Origin: an uncultured Alphaproteobacteria bacterium
GTDB taxonomy: Bacteria > Pseudomonadota > Alphaproteobacteria > Rhizobiales > Beijerinckiaceae
NCBI GenBank assembly: GCA_963783275.1
Contig: CAWANA010000031.1
Coordinates: 17,300-81,299 of the forward strand
Length of the DNA: 64,000 nucleotides
Direction of reading: 5' to 3'
A model generated the notes under the pieces. That model searched no databases. It saw only the letters and a list, made by a program, of their open reading frames with translations, and was not told the origin of the DNA. Within the stretch, counting starts at the first letter, position 1, and each line of letters begins with the position of its first letter. Of the stretch, positions 56,361 to 64,000 are shown piece after piece. The position numbers were made by a program, and so were the translations under genes.

Positions 56361-57796
56361 AGGCCCTGCTGGTCGACGAGGCCGGCGAGGCGGTCGCCGG
56401 CGCCTCGCGTGCCTATCTCCCGGACCGCCCGCGTCCCGGCTGGTCCGAGCAGGACCCTGAAGTCTGGCGTGCGGCGATGGCCGGCGCGATCGCCGAGCGT
56501 TCGCGCCGCCGCCCCAAAAGCGCTCGCCGCCCTGAAGGCGATCGGCTTTTCCGGGCAGATGCACGGCGCAGTTCTGATCGACCGCTCGGACCGCCCGGTG
56601 CGGCCGGCGATCCTGCACAACGACGGCCGCGCCCATGCGGAGGCGGCCGAACTCGCCCGCGACTTTCCCCATCTGGCCAGCGTCGTCGGCGTGAAGCCGA
56701 TGCCCGGGCTTCACCGGGCCGAAGCTCCTGTGGCTCAAGCGCAACGAGCCCGAGCTTATGGGCCGGATCGATTGCGTGCTGGCGCCGAAGGACTATTTTG
56801 CGCCTCGCGCTCACCGGCGAGCGCGGCACGGACATGAGCGACGCGGCGGGCCAGTGGCTGCTCGACGAGGCGGCCCGGCGATGGTCGGAAGAGGCGTTCG
56901 CCGCCTGCGGCGCCGATCCCGGCTGGGCGCCGCTCGCTGCACGAAGGGTCGGACGCGGTCGGGACCTTGCGTCCCGCCGCCGCCGAGGCCTTGGGCTTGC
57001 CGCACGGCGTCGTGATCGCGGCGGGCGGGGGCGACGCCGCGCGTCGGCGCGGTCGGCCTCGGCGCGATCGCGCCGGGCGAGGCGTTCATTTCGCTCGGCA
57101 CCGCGACGCAGCTGATCGTCGCGACCGAAACCTATCTCAGCGCGCCGGAAAAGCTCGTCCACAGCTTCGCCCACGCCCTGCCCGGCCGCTGGTACGCGAT
57201 GGCGGCCATGCTGAACGGCGCCGGGGCGCTGGCCTTCGCCGCGCGCCTCCTGGGCTCGACGCCCGACGCGCTCGAACGCGAGGCGGCGGAGGGCTATCGC
57301 GGGCCGGGCGCGCTCCTCTTCCTGCCCTATCTCTCGGGCGAGCGGACGCCGCTCGACGACCCTTATGCGCGGGGCGTGCTGTTCGGCATGAGCGAGACGA
57401 CCGGCCGCGCCGAGGTCGCCCGCGCGGTCATGGAGGGGGTCGCGCTGACGCTCGCCGAGGCGCGCGACTGCCTCGCCGCCGCCGGCGCGTCGATCGATCG
57501 CGTGAGCCTGATCGGCGGCGGGGCGAAGAGCGCGCTGTGGACGCAAAATGATCGCCGCCGCGACCGGGTTCACGGTCGTGCGCATGAAGGGCGGCGAGAC
57601 CGGCCCAGCCTACGGGGCCGCTCGCCTCGCGCGATTGGCGGCGACCGGGGAGGCGCCCGAGGCGCTCTGCAAGCCGCCCGAGATCGCCGACGTGACCGAG
57701 CCCGATCCCGGCTTGGCGGAGGCGTTCGCAAAACAGCGCGAGCGGTTCAAGGCGCTCTACGGCGCGGTGAAGGGCGAGTTCCAGCGAGGAGCGTGA
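56324..57796 (+). CDS. xylB: Xylulokinase (multiple indels)
   Basis: MYLGLDCGTSGLK, GFSGQMHG, ILHNDGR, DMSDAAG, FLPYLSGERTP. Confidence 0.9.
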
Positions 57797-57931
57797 GCGT
57801 CGACAAGCCTTGACCGCGAAGAACCGCGACCGGATCGTTCTTTTCAAAATATCTGCGTAATTATTGCGCTTCCCCTTGACGTCAGGAATCTAACGCCGCC
57901 ATGTGTAAACATACAACGGGGGCGCTAGAAC

Positions 57932-58513
57932 ATGAAAGCTTCGCATATTATCGCCGCCGCGGCGTCGGTTTTGTTCCCCACGCTCGCCCACGCGGGCTTG
58001 CTGGGGTCCACAATCGACGTCACCGCCCGCGATCCCGACGCCTCGACGATCTACGCGGATCCGGGCCCCGTGCTTGTGACAAATAGCGTCGAGTATCCGG
58101 TCAATTCATACGTCGCTAGTCCGGACTACAACGAGTCTTGGCAGGTCCAGGTTACGGACAACCAGATCCTGATCACCGATGCTTTGGATTCTGGTCTTCC
58201 TTTCTGGGCAGATCCGTTCAACGGATTTGTACTCGATGTCCTTTCAGGTCCTCAGATCGCGACGGCCGTTATAGACAATTCGAGCACGATCGTGCCGGTC
58301 GATGCGTATGTTTCCGGCGGCGAACTCTATATCAATTTCAGCGGCGTCACCCAAAACACTGGCGGAACAGCCGTCGTCGATTTTACGACGATGAACAATT
58401 CCAACGGCGTCCCCGAATCCAGCGTTTGGGCGATGATGCTTATCGGCTTCGGCGGCCTGGGCTTCGCCAGCCACTCCAAGGCGAAAGACGCGAAAGCAAC
58501 CGTCGCCGCCTGA
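57932..58513 (+). CDS. PEP-CTERM (PEPxxWA-type) sorting-domain protein
   Basis: Signal peptide ending AHA; VPESSVWAMMLIGFGGLGFASHSKAK. Confidence 0.88.
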   Translation: MKASHIIAAAASVLFPTLAHAGLLGSTIDVTARDPDASTIYADPGPVLVTNSVEYPVNSYVASPDYNESWQVQVTDNQILITDALDSGLPFWADPFNGFVLDVLSGPQIATAVIDNSSTIVPVDAYVSGGELYINFSGVTQNTGGTAVVDFTTMNNSNGVPESSVWAMMLIGFGGLGFASHSKAKDAKATVAA

Positions 58514-58607
58514 ACCTCACGCCAATCAGGTCCTCAGGGGCCGTCGAGAGGCCGCCTTTCTGTTAGGGATCCGAGGGGCGTCGCACGTCGATTGGGCGAG
58601 GCGATCG

Positions 58608-59891
58608 TCAGAATCCCTCGGGCTTCCCCACCACCGTCGTGTACAGCGCGCCGTCGCCGAACGCGCGGGCGGCGGCGCGCTTGATGTCGGCCATCGACAC
58701 CGCGCCGATCTGAAGGTTGCGCTCGACGAGCCAGTCGGGCGCGCGGCCTTCGAGCTGGATCTGCACGAGCTGGGCCGCGATCTTGGCGGAGGTGTCGAAG
58801 CGCAGGGGATACGAGCCGATCAGATAGGTCTTGCCCTTCTCCAGCTCCTCCTCGTTGAGCCCGTTCAGCGCGACATCGCGGATCTCGGCCGAGGCGACGT
58901 CGAAGCTTTCCTTCGCGCGTTCGTTCTTGGTCGTGGTGCCGCCGTAGAAGAAGCCGCCATGGTCGAGCGCGTAGAAGGCGCCGAACACGGTGTAGGCGAG
59001 GCCGCGCTTCTCGCGCACCTCGCGGAACAGCCTGGACGTCATGTTGCCGTGGCCGCCGAGCACATGCGCCGCGACCAGGCTCGGAATGAAATCGGGATCG
59101 TCGCGCTTTAGGCCCGGCCGGCCGAAGCGGATGGTCGACTGCGGCACGTCGAGCGCAATCGTATCAACCTGTCCAAGCCCGGAGAACGCCGCCTCGGCAA
59201 TCGGCTTCAGGTCGCCCTTCGCCGGCAATTCGGCGAACACCTTGTCGACCAGCGCGGAGGCGCCCGGCTCGTCGATCGCGCCGACGACCGCGATCACGAG
59301 ACGATCGCGCGCGATCACCCGCCGCGCCATTTTGGCGAGGTCGGCGCGCTCGATCGCGGCGAGCGTCTCGATCGTCCCCTCGGAGGCGAGGCCGTAGGGG
59401 TGGCCGGCAAAGGCGTGCGCGCGCCAGGAGCGGCCGGCGACCGTCGCCGGATCGTTGGCGTCATGGCGCAGGCGGGCGTTGGCGTGCTCGCGCACCCGCA
59501 AGAACGGCTCCTCGTCGAAGCGCGGCGCGTTCAGCGCGAGCGACAGCAGCTCCGCGGCGCGGTCGAGGTTCTTGACGAGGGTGCGCATCCGCCCCGACAC
59601 GTGCTCCCGGTCGTTGCGGAAGTGGATCTCGACCGCCTTCTCGTCGAGCGCCCGCTGGAAAGCCTGCGAATTGAGGTCGCCCGCGCCTTCGTCGAGCATG
59701 CCCGCCAGCAGCATGCTCAGGCCCGCCTTGTCCGCCGGGTCCTGGGTCGCGCCGCCGCGCATGGCGAATTCGAGCGAGACCACCGGAACCGCATGGGACT
59801 CGACCAGCCAGAACGTCAGCCCGCGCGGGCTGACGATCGGCCGGACATTGACGGCGGATTTGGGCGACGAGACAGAGACATGTTTTTGCAT
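58608..59891 (-). CDS. M16 family peptidase, non-catalytic subunit
   Basis: M16 fold without HxxEH; SRLFREVREKRGLAY. Confidence 0.9.
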   Translation of the reverse strand: MQKHVSVSSPKSAVNVRPIVSPRGLTFWLVESHAVPVVSLEFAMRGGATQDPADKAGLSMLLAGMLDEGAGDLNSQAFQRALDEKAVEIHFRNDREHVSGRMRTLVKNLDRAAELLSLALNAPRFDEEPFLRVREHANARLRHDANDPATVAGRSWRAHAFAGHPYGLASEGTIETLAAIERADLAKMARRVIARDRLVIAVVGAIDEPGASALVDKVFAELPAKGDLKPIAEAAFSGLGQVDTIALDVPQSTIRFGRPGLKRDDPDFIPSLVAAHVLGGHGNMTSRLFREVREKRGLAYTVFGAFYALDHGGFFYGGTTTKNERAKESFDVASAEIRDVALNGLNEEELEKGKTYLIGSYPLRFDTSAKIAAQLVQIQLEGRAPDWLVERNLQIGAVSMADIKRAAARAFGDGALYTTVVGKPEGF

Positions 59892-59928
59892 GGGGCGTTT
59901 CCGAATGGGCGTTTGAGCCGGGGCCGGT

Positions 59929-61222
59929 TCAGGCGGCCTCGGCTTCGAGCGGCAGGAGATGTCCGGTCACGGCAGGCTTGCGGTCGAGCCATTTGCGCGC
60001 AACGTTCGAGAACCGCAGCGGCGTCAACCGCCTCAATCTTGGCGGGCCAGCCTTCGACCTCGCCGATCGTCTGGCCGAGCGCGAGCGAGGAGCCGTACCA
60101 TCGGGCGAGGTCGGACTGGCTGTCGCGCGCATAAGTCGCGTCGGCGACGAGGCGCGTCTTGGCGCGTTCGAGCGCGGCCTCGTCGACCCCGTCGGCGAGG
60201 AATTTCGCCAGGATTCGGTCGAAAGCGTTGTCGATCGCCTCGAGCGCGACGCCCGGCGCCGGGGTGGCGTTTGCGATGAACCGGCTCTGGTCGAGCGCCG
60301 TGCCGTGATAATAGGCCCAGGCGGAGACGGCGAGCTTCTCCTCCATCACGAGCTCGCGATAGAGCAGGCTCGTCTGTCCGCCGCCGATCAGGTGGCCGAG
60401 CACGTCGAGCGCCTCCGACTCGCCCGGGGCCGCGGTGCGGCAGGACGGGACGAGATAATGGCGCTGCCAGTTCGGCTGCTGCACCTTCTCGTCGCGCACC
60501 GTGACCAGGCGGTCGGCGACCGTCGGCGGTTCGGACGGGCGGAGGCGCACCGGCGGCGCGCCGCGCGGCGCCACCTTGCCGTAGGTCGCCTCGGCTAGCT
60601 TCAGGGTTTCGTCGGGGTCGGCGTCGCCGGCGACCACCAGAATGGCGTTCTCGGGCGTGTAGAACCGGTGGTAATAGGTCAGCGCGTCCTCGCGATTCAG
60701 GCCCTCGATCTCATGGCCCCAGCCGATGATCGGCACGCCGTAGGGGTGATGGGTGAAAAGGGTCGCCTGCACCGCTTCGCCGAGCTGCGCGCCCGGATCG
60801 GTGTCGCAATGCATGCGCCGCTCCTCGAGCACCACGTCGCGCTCGGGCGCGACGACGTCGTCGGTGAGCACGAGGCCGGTCATCCGGTCGGCCTCGAATT
60901 CCATGCAGGTCTTCAGGTGTTCCTTGGCGACCTGCTGGAAATAGGCGGTGAAGTCCGGCCCGGTGAAGGCGTTCTCCTGCCCGCCGATCGAGGAGATGTA
61001 TTCGGAGAACTCGCCCTTGGGATGGGCGGCGGTGCCCTTGAACATCAGGTGTTCGAGGAAGTGGGCGATGCCGGACTTCCCCGGCGGATCGTCGGCCGCG
61101 CCGTTGCGGTACCAGACCATGTGGGTGACGACCGGCGCGCGATGGTCCGGAATGACCACGACCTCGAGGCCGTTCTTCAGGGTGAAATGAGCGACCTGCG
61201 AGGCGGGGGTGTGAACGGTCAT
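59929..61222 (-). CDS. M16 family zinc peptidase, catalytic subunit (indel near 3' end)
   Basis: GIAHFLEHLMFKGT, NAFT, ERDVVLEER. Confidence 0.93.
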
Positions 61223-61473
61223 CGAGGGTCCGGAAGGTTTGGGGCGCGCGGCGACGGGGCGGGGCCGCCCGTCATGTCAATGTCACGACATATAGGGCGC
61301 CGGCGCGCGGGTTGCGAGTTGGGGCCGGGTTCCCGTTTGGAAGGCGAGGTTTGCGGAGGATGGTGGGGTCGGGGTCGACCCGGAGCAGGCGTTCGGCGCT
61401 TCCGATTCAATGGTCCCGCTCGACGGCGGGCTGTCGTGGCGGACTTTCCCGACCTATGCTCGAGGCTTGAACC

Positions 61474-61500
61474 AAAAAAGAGCCGCCGGGCGGCCCTTTC
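61474..61500 (-). terminator. Intrinsic terminator
   Basis: Minus strand GGGCCGC-CCG-GCGGCTC-TTTTTT. Confidence 0.7.
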
Positions 61501-61520
61501 AAAGTGTTGGAGAGCCGAAA

Positions 61521-61695
61521 TTACGCCGCAGGACCGGCGATCCATGCCTTTTGGCCCCGGCCAAATGCGGCGAAACCCAGTCCCGCGAACCCGGCGAGCA
61601 TCATGAGCCAGGTCGACGCCTCCGGCGCCGAGATGCTCAGCGTCTGAATACCGGAGTTATCGGTATAATCGCTGTCCCACATGTAGGCAAGCGTA
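61521..61695 (-). pseudogene. PEP-CTERM protein C-terminal remnant
   Basis: LAYMWDSDYTDNSGIQTLSISAPEASTWLMMLAGFAGLGFAAFGRGQKAWIAGPAA*; no signal peptide; in-frame stop at 61749-61751. Confidence 0.8.
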
Positions 61696-61748
61696 CACGC
61701 AGTGTCAACGGCTGTATGCCGTCCCGTCCACTTTGGCCCCAGCGAGCG

Positions 61749-63376
<1,628 letters not shown>

Positions 63377-63440
63377 GCGCGCGCGGAACCTACGGACTCT
63401 TGCGGGCCGCCCTTATGCCACGGGACGCGCCGAGCGAAAG

Positions 63441-63480
63441 CCGACCTCTCCCCGTCGGACCTGAGAGGGGAGAGGGTCGG
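63441..63480. repeat. REP-like palindrome
   Basis: CCGACCTCTCCCC...GGGGAGAGGGTCGG. Confidence 0.55.
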
Positions 63481-63576
63481 CAGCCCGGCTCGTCGGGGCC
63501 GTCCGGACCCGCGACCTTCATCAATCCATCGTGAAAACCTGCTGTCTCGCCCGCGTGAGGCGGAGAGACCTGGACG

Positions 63577-64000
63577 ATGCGCATGCCCCCTTTCTCGACG
63601 CCGGGCCGGTTCTGGCGCGGCAATCTGCACACGCATTCGAACCTCTCCGACGGCGCGCTGACGCCCGAGCAGGTCGTCGACGGCCTACAAGCGCGCGGGC
63701 TACGATTTCCTCGCAGCTGTCCGACCATTTCCTCGCGCGCTTCGACTGGCCGATCGCCGACACGCGCGCGCTTCCGCTCCAACAATTTCACGACGCTGAT
63801 CGGCGCCGAGGTGCACGCCATGGCGCACGGACGTCGGCGAACTCTGGCACATCCTCGCCGACCGGCCTGCCGCTCGATTTCGCCGCCGCCGACGCCGGAC
63901 GAGACCGGCCCGCAGCTCGCGGCGCGGGCGCGCGCGGCGGGCGCCTTCGTCGCCATCGCCCATCCCGCCTGGTCGCAGCTGACGATCGAGCGACGGGCGC
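63577..64000 (+). CDS. PHP-domain metallohydrolase (partial, frameshifted)
   Basis: RFWRGNLHTHSNLSDG, GYDF, SDHF, GAEVH, IAHPAWS. Confidence 0.85.
   Translation, partial: MRMPPFSTPGRFWRGNLHTHSNLSDGALTPEQVVDGLQARGLRFPRSCPTISSRASTGRSPTRARFRSNNFTTLIGAEVHAMAHGRRRTLAHPRRPACRSISPPPTPDETGPQLAARARAAGAFVAIAHPAWSQLTIERRA

Overview
GC-rich alphaproteobacterial chromosome segment; gene content and order are Hyphomicrobiales-like. Single-base indels split many genes, including normally essential ones (thyA, folA, hemH), which most likely reflects an unpolished long-read assembly. Core content: a 3' nnrS fragment and a nirK(+cytochrome c)-nirV-sco operon; rplU-rpmA-GNAT-obgE; phaC; ilvE; the fdsGBA-fdhD-fdsD formate dehydrogenase operon plus a FUSC gene; leuD; an SLC5-fused hybrid sensor kinase; cobT; ndvA; msrB; hemH; DUF2849-cysI-cysH-DUF934; a RecD-like helicase; hsp20-DUF1150; thyA-folA; soxBDAG; xylB; an M16 peptidase pair; an ABC-F ATPase; and a PHP hydrolase. 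The most unusual items are: (i) a small accessory island (~8.9-14.3 kb) with a SAM methyltransferase and an AT-rich glycosyltransferase transcribed divergently from a signal-peptide-bearing, phage tailspike/fibre-like beta-helix protein, with no phage genes nearby; (ii) a probable fusion of a TIGR02300 'FYDL' Zn-ribbon to the RecD-like helicase; (iii) three PEP-CTERM-type sorting tails, one a remnant missed by the ORF track; (iv) Crp/Fnr-type boxes upstream of nirK, phaC and a PEP-CTERM gene. I saw no rRNA, tRNA, CRISPR array, integrase or transposase. All family calls come from motif recognition, not database searches.
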